Source: Dongiaceae bacterium (GTDB lineage Bacteria; Verrucomicrobiota; Verrucomicrobiia; Limisphaerales; JAFMIX01). Taken from it: DNA of 64,000 nucleotides. The notes under the pieces were generated by a model, which made no database searches, was not told the DNA's origin, and saw only the letters and a program-made list of their open reading frames with translations. The position numbers and the translations under genes are program-made. The stretch is from assembly GCA_035492855.1 (NCBI GenBank), contig DATJIU010000312.1:2299-66298 (forward strand), given 5' to 3'. Shown piece after piece: positions 47,595 through 56,728 of the stretch; the first letter of the stretch is position 1; the number at the start of each line of letters is the position of its first letter.

Positions 47595-48635
47595 TCAACC
47601 AGCGGCCAGTTCCCGCACGTCGGCCACAAAGGCATCCACGTCTTCCGGGGTGGTATCCCAACTGCACATCAGCCGCGCCTCGTCGGGCGTAACCACGCCC
47701 GTGTAGAAATGCCAGCCGCGCAGGTGCAGTTGTTCCTCCACCAGCGCCGGCAGCCGCACGAACACGCCATTGGATTGCACCGGATACGCAATGTGCACGT
47801 GGGGAATCTCGCGCAGACCGGCCGCTAACCGCGTGGCCATGGCATTCGCATGCGCCGCATGCCGCAACCACGCGCCGTCCGCCAGCACACCCGTCCAGGG
47901 CGCGGACAAAAACCGCATCTTGGATGCGAGCTGCCCACCCTGTTTGCGGCGATAGCCAAAATCTTGCGCCAGGGCGCGATCGAAAAACACCACCGCCTCG
48001 CCCACCGCCAAACCGTTCTTGGTGCCGCCGAGGCTCAGCACATCCACCCCGGCGCGCCAGGTGAGGTCGGCCGGTTTGCCGCCGAGGGCAGCCACCGCAT
48101 TGGCAAAACGCGCCCCGTCCATCTGCACCCGCAAACCATGCCGGTGCGCCACGTCGGTCAGGGCGCGGACCTCATCCGCCGAATAGGCAGTGCCTACTTC
48201 GGTCACTTGCGTGAGACTGAGCGCGCCGGGCTTGGAAAAATGCACATCCTCGCGTCGCGCCACCGCCGCGGCTAAAACATCGGGTGTGAGTTTGCCGTCC
48301 GCCCCCGGCAGCGGCAGGAGCTGGCCCCCGCCGGAGAAGAATCCCGGCGCGGCGCACTCGGCGGTTTCGAGGTGCGACAGTTCATGGCAAAAAATGCTGT
48401 GGTACGGCTGGCACAAGGCCGCGAGCGCCAGCGCATTGGCCGTGGTGCCGTTGAACACGAAGAAAACCTCGCAATCGGTCTCGAAGACGTCCTGGATTTG
48501 GCGGATGGCGCGCTCCGTCCATTCGTCATCGCCGTAACTGGTTACATGACCGGCATTGGCCGCGGCGAGGGCGGCCCAGGCTTCGGGGCAGATTCCGGAA
48601 TAGTTGTCACTGGCAAATTGACGGGTACGTTTCAT
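47595..48635 (-). CDS. ltaE: Low-specificity L-threonine aldolase (PLP-dependent)
   Basis: FASDNYSGICPEAW...YGDDEWT...FNGTTANALAL...LSLGGTKNG (PLP Lys). Start at MKRTRQF. Confidence 0.85.
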   Translation of the reverse strand: MKRTRQFASDNYSGICPEAWAALAAANAGHVTSYGDDEWTERAIRQIQDVFETDCEVFFVFNGTTANALALAALCQPYHSIFCHELSHLETAECAAPGFFSGGGQLLPLPGADGKLTPDVLAAAVARREDVHFSKPGALSLTQVTEVGTAYSADEVRALTDVAHRHGLRVQMDGARFANAVAALGGKPADLTWRAGVDVLSLGGTKNGLAVGEAVVFFDRALAQDFGYRRKQGGQLASKMRFLSAPWTGVLADGAWLRHAAHANAMATRLAAGLREIPHVHIAYPVQSNGVFVRLPALVEEQLHLRGWHFYTGVVTPDEARLMCSWDTTPEDVDAFVADVRELAAG

Positions 48636-48729
48636 GGCGTGGCAATGGCGACCGGGAGGGTCGTCGGGCGAATTGTGCCGCAACGCCGGGGAATTGTCCG
48701 GCAAAATCCCGCGCCATTTTACCACCCGG

Positions 48730-49416
48730 TCAGACCATCGTTCCCGAGCCGGGCCAGAGCCATTCGCAAAAACCCCAGTGGCGCTCCACATCAAGTTTGA
48801 GCGACTGGCCATAGCGCAACACGGTGTCCAAAATCAGCACGGCCAATAATACCCAATCCGCCGGGCGCCACACTCCGCTTTTAAAAATCCACACCAACAG
48901 GCCACCGTTCAGCCATCCGCAAAAGACCGCCTCGCCCATCAGCAGAACAAAGCCCAGCCGGACGGAAGCATCGGTGACGGAACGCGGATCAAATCCGCGC
49001 TGCGGCAGCGTGCGGTTCTTGAAATCCGCCCAACCCCAGCCCAGCAGCGGATAGAACGGCAGCAGCAAGGTGTGCGAACGGTCGTGTCTGCGGGCCTCGT
49101 AAAACGCCTCATCACGCTCCCGCACATACGCATCGTCGTACACCACGTGACACGAAGATTCCTCGCGCCATTGCGAGGGCCAGGACCCGAGTTCGTAGCG
49201 TTTCATGAACGGCGGCGGGGCGTCACTTTGCTGGCGCAAATAATATTTCCGCCTGTCGTAAAAAATGGGGATGCGACAGAATTCACGGACGCTCCAGTCC
49301 ATCGGCCGGGCAGCCTCAATAACCATGCCCTCGGGTGTGATATGCACCCGGTCGGGACCGAGCCGGCGGATTTCCGCAGCGGAACTGGCTTCGGCAGATG
49401 GGGCTTTGGGGTTCAC
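48730..49416 (-). CDS. Hypothetical protein with C-terminal TM helices
   Basis: 228-aa ORF. No domain recognised. Confidence 0.4.
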   Translation of the reverse strand: MNPKAPSAEASSAAEIRRLGPDRVHITPEGMVIEAARPMDWSVREFCRIPIFYDRRKYYLRQQSDAPPPFMKRYELGSWPSQWREESSCHVVYDDAYVRERDEAFYEARRHDRSHTLLLPFYPLLGWGWADFKNRTLPQRGFDPRSVTDASVRLGFVLLMGEAVFCGWLNGGLLVWIFKSGVWRPADWVLLAVLILDTVLRYGQSLKLDVERHWGFCEWLWPGSGTMV

Positions 49417-49491
49417 TTGCTGAGCGGATAAATAATCCCTCCTTAACGCAAACCGCCAGTGAATATTTGTTCCCGCAGATGCGACAAAAAA

Positions 49492-49653
49492 TCAGTTATC
49501 GCCCTCGTCCGGGGTGTGGATGTCGTCAATGCCGTGGAGCTTCTCGGTGGGGGGCGGCGGCTGATGAAACAGCACCCGGTAGAGGCAGCCAACGAACAGC
49601 ACCGTCACCGCGGTGACAGAGGTGAGCATGATGATCCAGCCGCCGGGCGTCAT
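49492..49653 (-). CDS. 53-aa single-TM protein, candidate NSS-transporter small subunit (MetS-like); not in the ORF track
   Basis: My translation is MTPGGWIIMLTSVTAVTVLFVGCLYRVLFHQPPPPTEKLHGIDDIHTPDEGDN. Its ATG overlaps the transporter TGA (ATGA at 49650-49653). Confidence 0.55.
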   Translation of the reverse strand: MTPGGWIIMLTSVTAVTVLFVGCLYRVLFHQPPPPTEKLHGIDDIHTPDEGDN

Positions 49654-51269
49654 TTGGATTCCGGGGTTTTAAGATTCTTCTTTTCGTGGTCCCAGCGGGA
49701 GCCGGCCAGCGAAGTAAGCAAGGCAAAAAAAGCAATGGTGATGACCAAAAACGCCACGGTAAACCGCGCCACATGGCTGGAATGTTCGCCAATCAGCTCG
49801 CTCATGTAGCCGGTGGGCGCAAACTTGCCGGTGGCCACATCCAGGCCAAATATTTTGGTCAGCACAAACATGGCAAACACAATAATCAGGAACGTCGGCG
49901 AAACGTATTTGATAATGAACTTGAAGATGCGGGGAATCCGCATTTCCGCGCCGCGATGCGTCTCCGCCCAGGCCCGGTCAATGCCCATGCCCCAGCCGTA
50001 GTAAATAATGATGACGGTGGCCATCATGAAGATGCACACCGTGCCCACCCAGAAATCCAGCGTGTCGAGCGCCTTGAGGTCCTTGCTGAAATACACCACA
50101 AACGCACATCCCACCGCGGTAATCAGCCCCAGCAGCGTCACCGATTGCTTGCGCTTCAGCCCCAGGCCCTCCTCCAAAAAGGCAATGCCAGGTTGCAACA
50201 TGGAGAGCGAACTGGTGATGGCCGCCAGGAACAGCAGGAAGAAGAACAGGAAGCCAAACAGCCCCGGCAGCGGCATCTTGGCAAACACCAGCGGCAGCAC
50301 CTTGAAGCCCAGCCCGAACGTGCCCTGCCCCACGACCCCGGCCGCCCCCAGAAAAATGTACGCCGCCGGCACGGTAATCAGCCCGCCGAGGGCGACTTCA
50401 CAAAATTCATTGGCTGCGCTCGCACTCAAACCGCTCAGCACCACGTCATTTTCCGGTTTCAAATAGCTGGCGTAGGTGATGATCACGCCAAATCCCACCG
50501 ACAACGAAAAGAAAATCTGCCCCGCCGCCGCCAACCAGAGCTGCGGGTTTTTCAACTGCGTCTGCCAGTCGCCGGGGTTCCACATGAACCCGAGCCCGGT
50601 GAGCACGTTTTGGTCGGGCTTGGCGGCATCCGGCGTGCCCAACGTGAGCACCCGCACCAGGATGACGAGCGCAATGACCACCAGCGCCGGCATGGCGTAC
50701 TTGCAGAAAAATTCAATGCCCGCCACCAGGCCGCGGTAGATGAGATAGAAATTCAGCACGAAGACAAACAGCAGGAACATCACCGCCTGGTTGTGGCCGG
50801 TGGAGAAGGCAAAGCCGTCGCTGTTTGCCCCCACAAAGTTTTCCCAAAAATCGGAATAGGTTTTGACGTCGCTGCCCAAGCTCAGGTGGCCCGTGGCAAA
50901 ATAACTGGCATAGCCGATGCACCACGCCTCGATATAGACATAATACATGTAGATGACCACCGGGATGATGACCCCCAGCACGCCGATGTACTTGCCCCAT
51001 TTGTGCCGGATCAGGGCATAAAAAATGCCGGGACTCGAGCGGAAGCCCTGTTGCCCGGCGTAACGGCCTAAGGCCCATTCCGCCCAGCCAATCGGAATGC
51101 CGATCAGCACCAGCGAAATGAAATAGGCGATCATGAACGCGCCACTGCCGTACTGCGAGGCGAGTCCGGGGAAGCGAAGAAAATTGCCCAGTCCCACCGC
51201 ACTGCCGGCAACGGCAAGTATCACTCCGAGGCGGGAACTCCAGGCTTCCTTGGGTTGGGCATCTGCCAT
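49650..51269 (-). CDS. Sodium-dependent transporter, neurotransmitter:sodium symporter (NSS/SNF) family
   Basis: WSSRLGVILAVAGSAVGLGNFLRFP signature, about 11-12 TM helices. Confidence 0.9.
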   Translation of the reverse strand: MADAQPKEAWSSRLGVILAVAGSAVGLGNFLRFPGLASQYGSGAFMIAYFISLVLIGIPIGWAEWALGRYAGQQGFRSSPGIFYALIRHKWGKYIGVLGVIIPVVIYMYYVYIEAWCIGYASYFATGHLSLGSDVKTYSDFWENFVGANSDGFAFSTGHNQAVMFLLFVFVLNFYLIYRGLVAGIEFFCKYAMPALVVIALVILVRVLTLGTPDAAKPDQNVLTGLGFMWNPGDWQTQLKNPQLWLAAAGQIFFSLSVGFGVIITYASYLKPENDVVLSGLSASAANEFCEVALGGLITVPAAYIFLGAAGVVGQGTFGLGFKVLPLVFAKMPLPGLFGFLFFFLLFLAAITSSLSMLQPGIAFLEEGLGLKRKQSVTLLGLITAVGCAFVVYFSKDLKALDTLDFWVGTVCIFMMATVIIIYYGWGMGIDRAWAETHRGAEMRIPRIFKFIIKYVSPTFLIIVFAMFVLTKIFGLDVATGKFAPTGYMSELIGEHSSHVARFTVAFLVITIAFFALLTSLAGSRWDHEKKNLKTPESK

Positions 51270-51452
51270 CCGCGCTGTGTTTTACCCGCCCTTCCCGTTG
51301 ACAGCCAGCAGAAAGTTCAGAATTTGTCACGCACCCCACATTATGCGGATCCGGCTATACGGGGTGGCTCATTTTGGATTGCAAACCTTCGTCAGCAGCG
51401 TTTAATAGTGGCAAACCCCAAATCGCGTTGCCCCGGTAATCATTGCCAATTT

Positions 51453-51998
51453 ATGAAAACATTCGTTGTTTTGCTGGCCTGGTTGAGCTTCACCCTGTCC
51501 CTGACAGCCGCAGACAGCCTCATCCGGACCAACATTGACCAGGACATCCCGCTGGCAGAAGCCGTCCGGTGGGCCAACGGTCAGTTTCATCCCAATCCGC
51601 CTCTGACCGAAGCCGAGGTCATTGCTGCGGTCCGAGCCATAAAGCTGGAGCATTCGGATATCTCCCCGCAACTGCTGGAAATCTACCAGCGGGTGCCTCA
51701 AGAACAGGTATTGCCCAAGGACATGTATTTCGTTCAGACCACGCATTTGGACACGACCGCCGGAGAATTTCAGATGGACCGCATCAACCTCGTGTGGCGG
51801 GATCCGTCAATCTATTACGACATCATGATTGACGGCTCCGGCAGACATAAATTGGCCGGCAAAATAGTGGCAAATCCAACAAACCGCGCCAGCCATTACG
51901 TTCTTCCCATCCGCAACCGGTATATTTCCAGCACGCCCCCTGCCGGTGAAAAGGCCGCCGCAACTCCGGCGAAGGACAATTCCACCGGGTCCAGGTAA
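51453..51998 (+). CDS. Hypothetical secreted protein
   Basis: ATG at 51453 gives the signal peptide MKTFVVLLAWLSFTLSLTAA. Confidence 0.5.
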   Translation: MKTFVVLLAWLSFTLSLTAADSLIRTNIDQDIPLAEAVRWANGQFHPNPPLTEAEVIAAVRAIKLEHSDISPQLLEIYQRVPQEQVLPKDMYFVQTTHLDTTAGEFQMDRINLVWRDPSIYYDIMIDGSGRHKLAGKIVANPTNRASHYVLPIRNRYISSTPPAGEKAAATPAKDNSTGSR

Positions 51999-52064
51999 CA
52001 GCCAAATTTCCAAATGGTTTAGTGATCGCCCCCGCTTCCAAAGCGGTGCTCGTCCATTCGATTT

Positions 52065-54023
52065 TCAGCGCCCCACACTTTGCTCCGGCGGCTCGCGCCA
52101 CGGCTGGCCGGCTTGGTATTTCGCTTCCCGCGAGCGCATCGCCGCCACCAAATCCGAATCTCCCGCCGCAGTCGCAATCGGGATGGCTTGCTCAATAACT
52201 TCTATCGCGGCGGGAAAGCGTCCCGCCTCCGCATAAGCCATCGCCAGCACGTCCAACACCTGCGGCTGGCCGCCGCCGGTGAGCGCGTTGGCCCGTTCCG
52301 CCAGCGACACCGCCTCCACGCCATTGCGTACCGCAGCCTCCGATGACGCCGCCAGCACCCGGGCCAGATACACCAGCGCGTGGGCATCATTCCGGTCGCG
52401 CGCCAACGCCGCGCGGAAATGGCCGACCGCCGCCACCGGACGGCCCTGATGCAATTCCGCCTTGCCCATCAGGTATTCCGGCCGCGCATCCGCCGGCGCC
52501 AACTGCGCTGCGACGGCGTAATTCGTCATGGCCGCGCCGAACTGACCGAGCTTCACCAGCAACGTGGCCAGATTGCACAACACCAGCGGCGCGTGCGGCT
52601 GCAAACGCAATGCTTCGCGAAATTCCGCCAGCGCCTCGTTGGTCTGACCTTGGGCGTCATACAAATTGCCCAGGTTGTTATGCACCTGCACCCGGGAGGG
52701 ATCGAGTTGCTCCGCGATTTTGTACTGCGCCAATGCCGCTTGCGGCTGGCCCGCCTGCTCCAGCGCCACGCCGAGGTTGATGCGCGCAATCGCATTGTCG
52801 CCCGTCATCGCCACGGTGTGGGTGAACAAGGTTACGCCATCCCGCCAATAGCTCAGTTGCCGCGCCGTCAGGGTCAGGCAACCCGCCAGCACCCCGGCAG
52901 TCACCGCCCAAGGCAGCACGGGTTTCAACTTCCAGCGCAGCACCGCCGCCTGCGCGCCATATACCACCGCCACGAAAATTCCCACCAGGGGCAAATACGT
53001 GTAGCGGTCCGCCATCGCCTGGCCGCCCACCTGCACCAGCCCAATCACCGGCACCAACATGCCGAGATACCATAACCACCCCACCAGCAGGCACGGTTGC
53101 GACCGGCGCCAGGCCCAGGCAAATCCGGAAATTCCCGCCACCATCACCGCCGCCAGAATCAAGGTCCCCGTCGCGATTTCATGCGGCAGCGGGTAAATCA
53201 CCGCCAGCCGCGCCGGCCAGACCATTTGCAATAAATATTCCGCGTACGCCACCACCGCGTTTTCCAGCCGCAACCCGAGAGGAAAACGTTCCAACGCCAC
53301 CACAGCCTCGGTCCGTTGTGCCAGGTAGGTCATCACACATGAGGCCGCTGTGAGTGCGAGAAACGGCAATTTTTCCGCCACCCGCCACCGCCAGTTATCC
53401 GGCGCCAACCGCCGCAACGGCCAGTAATCCAGCAGCAACAGCACCAGCGGCAAAGTCACCAGCATCGGCTTGGCCAGCAAGCCCAGTGCAAACGCACCTA
53501 GCGACAGTGCATAAAACGTTTTTGCCCGCTGGTTTTTCGCCGGGGATTCCCCCGCGTAGCGCGCGTAAGCCAGCAGCGCCAGCAGTCCAAAAAAAGTGCT
53601 CAGCACATCCTTGCGTTCCGCCGCCCAGGCCACGGATTCCACATGCAGCGGATGCCACGCAAACAGCGCCGCCACCACCGCCGCCGGCCCCCACGCACCG
53701 GTCAGCCGCAACAACAGCCAGAACAAAAGCGCCGCGTTGGCCGCGTGAAACAGCACGTTCACCAGATGTTGCGGGCCGGGGTTCAGCCCGAACAGCTCGC
53801 AGTCCAGCATATGCGAGAGCCAGGTGACCGGGTGCCAGTTGCTGGCGTGGAACGTGGTGAAGGCCCATTTCACGCCCGCGGCGGTGAGCCCGTTTTGCAC
53901 CACGGGATTTTCGGTGAGATAGTCCGGGTCGTCGTAATTGACGAAGCCATGCTGCCGCACCGGCAGATACGCCAGCAGCGTCAGCAGCACCAGCACCAGA
54001 CCGACCAGACGGGAACGCGACAT
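52065..54023 (-). CDS. Polytopic membrane protein (PMT/TMTC-like, DUF1736-type N-terminal half) with C-terminal TPR repeats
   Basis: YDDPDYLTENPVVQ...FHASNWHPVTWLSHMLD motif. About 10 TM helices, then TPR units (NLGNLYDAQGQTNEALAEFREALRLQP...). Confidence 0.7.
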   Translation of the reverse strand: MSRSRLVGLVLVLLTLLAYLPVRQHGFVNYDDPDYLTENPVVQNGLTAAGVKWAFTTFHASNWHPVTWLSHMLDCELFGLNPGPQHLVNVLFHAANAALLFWLLLRLTGAWGPAAVVAALFAWHPLHVESVAWAAERKDVLSTFFGLLALLAYARYAGESPAKNQRAKTFYALSLGAFALGLLAKPMLVTLPLVLLLLDYWPLRRLAPDNWRWRVAEKLPFLALTAASCVMTYLAQRTEAVVALERFPLGLRLENAVVAYAEYLLQMVWPARLAVIYPLPHEIATGTLILAAVMVAGISGFAWAWRRSQPCLLVGWLWYLGMLVPVIGLVQVGGQAMADRYTYLPLVGIFVAVVYGAQAAVLRWKLKPVLPWAVTAGVLAGCLTLTARQLSYWRDGVTLFTHTVAMTGDNAIARINLGVALEQAGQPQAALAQYKIAEQLDPSRVQVHNNLGNLYDAQGQTNEALAEFREALRLQPHAPLVLCNLATLLVKLGQFGAAMTNYAVAAQLAPADARPEYLMGKAELHQGRPVAAVGHFRAALARDRNDAHALVYLARVLAASSEAAVRNGVEAVSLAERANALTGGGQPQVLDVLAMAYAEAGRFPAAIEVIEQAIPIATAAGDSDLVAAMRSREAKYQAGQPWREPPEQSVGR

Positions 54024-54103
54024 CGGCCTACGTTGTAAGCGAATTCCCGCCCACGGCAAGACCGGAGGCGACGACTACGCCGTTTTTATAAAATCGGTAT
54101 TTG

Positions 54104-54216
54104 AACCACCAAGGAACCAAGGAACAAAGTAAGATGACTGAAAATTAGAGTGAACGCACACGCCAACCAAAGCAGTTCATCAGGTCTGGCCTTGGTGCCT
54201 TGGTTCCTTGGTGGTT
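54104..54216. repeat. 19-bp perfect inverted repeat (AACCACCAAGGAACCAAGG / CCTTGGTTCCTTGGTGGTT) separated by 75 nt
   Basis: Arms at 54104-54122 and 54198-54216. The right arm abuts the TAA stop of the GT2 gene. Confidence 0.8.
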
Positions 54217-55892
54217 TATCTCGCAGCTCCAGGCTGCGCCGGGGCGTTCGTGCCCGCATCCAGTTGCGCGTAGAGTCGCGCGAGCACCGCGTCGTTCACG
54301 GGGCCGTTGGTGCGCCACAGCACTTCGCCGGTGCGGGCCACCACATAGATGTTCGCCGCGTCCGCCACCGGGGCCAGTTGCGGGGCAATCTTCCCCTCCC
54401 AATCCAGCATCAGCGGATATTTCATACCGCTGCGGATGCCCCGGCGCACCACCGGGCGAAGCAGCCGCGGCACCGCCGCCACCGCCGCGATGCCTTCGAT
54501 GCGGATGCGGTCGCCGTAGCGCGCCTGCACCGGTTGCACCCAGGCGGCAATCTGCTGCGACCCCTTGTGGTCCGCCACCGTAAGAAAAATCATTTTGTCG
54601 TTCGGGAACTCCAGCTTGCGTTGCTCCCCAAATTGGTCTGTCAGTTCAAACGAAGCCAGTCGCACCGTATTGGTCGCCGCCACCGGTGCGTTGGTTTCCG
54701 CCGCCGGCGCATTCCCGGCGCTCAGCCACAACGCACTACCGAGCAGCAGCGCCAACGCCACACGGGCGGCGTTGGCCACCTCGGCCGCCGGACGGACCGC
54801 ATAGTCCCGGCCCTTCCACGTGCTCGGCGCGCCCGTGAACCGCCGCGCCCACGCCTGCCATTGAATGACCAGCAAAAGCAACACCGCCACCGGATGACTC
54901 ACGACACCCCAGAACGACTGACGAAAGCGCACCGCCGCCGTCAGCCGGGGCAAAATGGAAAGCAAAACCGCCATCCCCGCAAGCTTGCCGCCAACCGGCA
55001 ACAGAAGCCACGGCAAAATCTGGCCGCCGAAGAGGAAAAACGTCATGGGCAGAATCAATCCCGGGGCCGCCAGTCCTTCCGTGGCATTCTTGCCCAGCCC
55101 ACGCCAGACCGCGCCCGCCGAGTCATACATCCGGCAACTGGCCAGGTCGGTGGCGTCAAAAATATCCGTCCGCAAGCCGGCGCTCCGGAACAACCGCGGC
55201 AGCTTCACCCCGTCGTGCAGTGTGGTGCGGATGGCGGCGTGGCCGCCGCTGCGCGCGTAGGCATCGGCCCGCGCCGCGAACAACTGGCCGCAGCCGGCGC
55301 CAAAACCCCGCAGGTTCCAACGGCGGGCGAGGAACAACGGCAGGAAGCCCAGCAGCACGAAATGAATCAGCGGAATCAGCATCCGCTCCAATGCGGTGCG
55401 GGTGATTTGCCGGGGCACGCCGCTCAGCAAATCGGCTTTGCCCGCATCCAGCGCCGCCGCCAAGCGGCGGAGGGCGTCCGGCGCCAGCCGCACGTCCGCA
55501 TCCAGGAAAACCAGCACCGGATGTCGCGCCAGACCTGCGAGCACATGGCAGGCGTGCATCTTGCCGCACCAGCCGGGCGGCAACGCCGGCGCCACCGCCA
55601 GCCGCACCCGGTGGTCCCGCGCCGCGATTTCCCGCACGATGGCCGCCGTGGCGTCCTCGGAGGCATCATCCAGCACCACCACTTCCAGTTCCACATTCTG
55701 GTTCAGCAAAACGGACGCCACCGCCGCGCCGATGTTGGCCGCCTCGTTGCGGGCGGGAATCAGCACCGACACCGCCGGCACCGGCCTTCCTTTCCCAACC
55801 GGAAGCCGGCGATACAGCAACAGGTTCAGCAGAAACAGCCCGCAGGGAACTGCCGCCAGCACCAGGCTCAAACTGACCAATACGGAAATCAT
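54216..55892 (-). CDS. Family-2 glycosyltransferase (CrtQ-like carotenoid glycosyltransferase) fused to a C-terminal TM plus Cys-less thioredoxin-like domain
   Basis: VSVLIPARNEA...VVVLDDASED...FLDADV GT-A motifs. The start ATG at 55892 overlaps the upstream stop (ATGA). Confidence 0.75.
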   Translation of the reverse strand: MISVLVSLSLVLAAVPCGLFLLNLLLYRRLPVGKGRPVPAVSVLIPARNEAANIGAAVASVLLNQNVELEVVVLDDASEDATAAIVREIAARDHRVRLAVAPALPPGWCGKMHACHVLAGLARHPVLVFLDADVRLAPDALRRLAAALDAGKADLLSGVPRQITRTALERMLIPLIHFVLLGFLPLFLARRWNLRGFGAGCGQLFAARADAYARSGGHAAIRTTLHDGVKLPRLFRSAGLRTDIFDATDLASCRMYDSAGAVWRGLGKNATEGLAAPGLILPMTFFLFGGQILPWLLLPVGGKLAGMAVLLSILPRLTAAVRFRQSFWGVVSHPVAVLLLLVIQWQAWARRFTGAPSTWKGRDYAVRPAAEVANAARVALALLLGSALWLSAGNAPAAETNAPVAATNTVRLASFELTDQFGEQRKLEFPNDKMIFLTVADHKGSQQIAAWVQPVQARYGDRIRIEGIAAVAAVPRLLRPVVRRGIRSGMKYPLMLDWEGKIAPQLAPVADAANIYVVARTGEVLWRTNGPVNDAVLARLYAQLDAGTNAPAQPGAAR

Positions 55893-56728
55893 CGAACGTC
55901 GTGCTCCGGGTGAAAGGTTTCGCCGCGTTGCCAGGCCCGAAACCGCCGCCACAAATCGTACGCGCCACCCACACCACGCCGGCCTTGCAGCAGGCATTCA
56001 AACTTTTCCATCTGACGCTGCTGCACCTGTAGCGCCAGCGCGTCCTGGGTCACCTCCAGACGGCGTTCCAGCAGCCGGTTAATCATGGCGGTATCACCAG
56101 CGGTTGCGGGAGCCGCCGTCCAGGGCTCACCAAGACGCAGCCAGACTTCCGGCAACCGTTCCGGTCCAAAAACATATTCCAGCGCCAGCGGCACAAACAC
56201 CACTCCGGACACCGTGGCCGCCAGGTGAGCCAGGCCGGGTTGAAATTGCATCGGCCGTTCCCGCACGTCGGCGAAGCGGCCCTGCGGCGTCACCCACAGC
56301 GTGGTTTGCGGCGCCGCCAGCACCGCGCGGCTTTGGCGTAGAAACTGGCGCGCGCCCCGGGCGGTGCCGTTGGCCACGGGGAACATCCCCAGCCGGGCAA
56401 ACAGCCGGTATTTTCCCAAGGCCGCCTCGTCCATCGGCGCATAAACGCGATGCGCCGGCAACACCGCTTCCTGGGCCAGCAGGCATATCAACGGGTCAAA
56501 CCACGAGGCATGATTCAAATAAACCACTACATTCCGTGCCGCCGCCAAGGGTGAATCGTCAGTTCGCGCCAGCCGCACCGCATGAAAATGCCGCCGCACA
56601 TACCGCCGTGCGTACCCGCAGAACCAGCGCAGCAACGGACGCGACACCCGCGGCAGTTCCGCCGCCGGCAGCTCTCGTGATCGCGCTCCAGGCGGTGCTG
56701 GCATTTGCATTGTGATCTCCATTTTCAT
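55889..56728 (-). CDS. Acyltransferase, PlsC/lysophospholipid acyltransferase family
   Basis: HxxxxD motif NHASWFD. Start chosen at 56728 because it forms ATGA with the upstream stop, as at the other junctions in this operon. Confidence 0.7.
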   Translation of the reverse strand: MKMEITMQMPAPPGARSRELPAAELPRVSRPLLRWFCGYARRYVRRHFHAVRLARTDDSPLAAARNVVVYLNHASWFDPLICLLAQEAVLPAHRVYAPMDEAALGKYRLFARLGMFPVANGTARGARQFLRQSRAVLAAPQTTLWVTPQGRFADVRERPMQFQPGLAHLAATVSGVVFVPLALEYVFGPERLPEVWLRLGEPWTAAPATAGDTAMINRLLERRLEVTQDALALQVQQRQMEKFECLLQGRRGVGGAYDLWRRFRAWQRGETFHPEHDVR

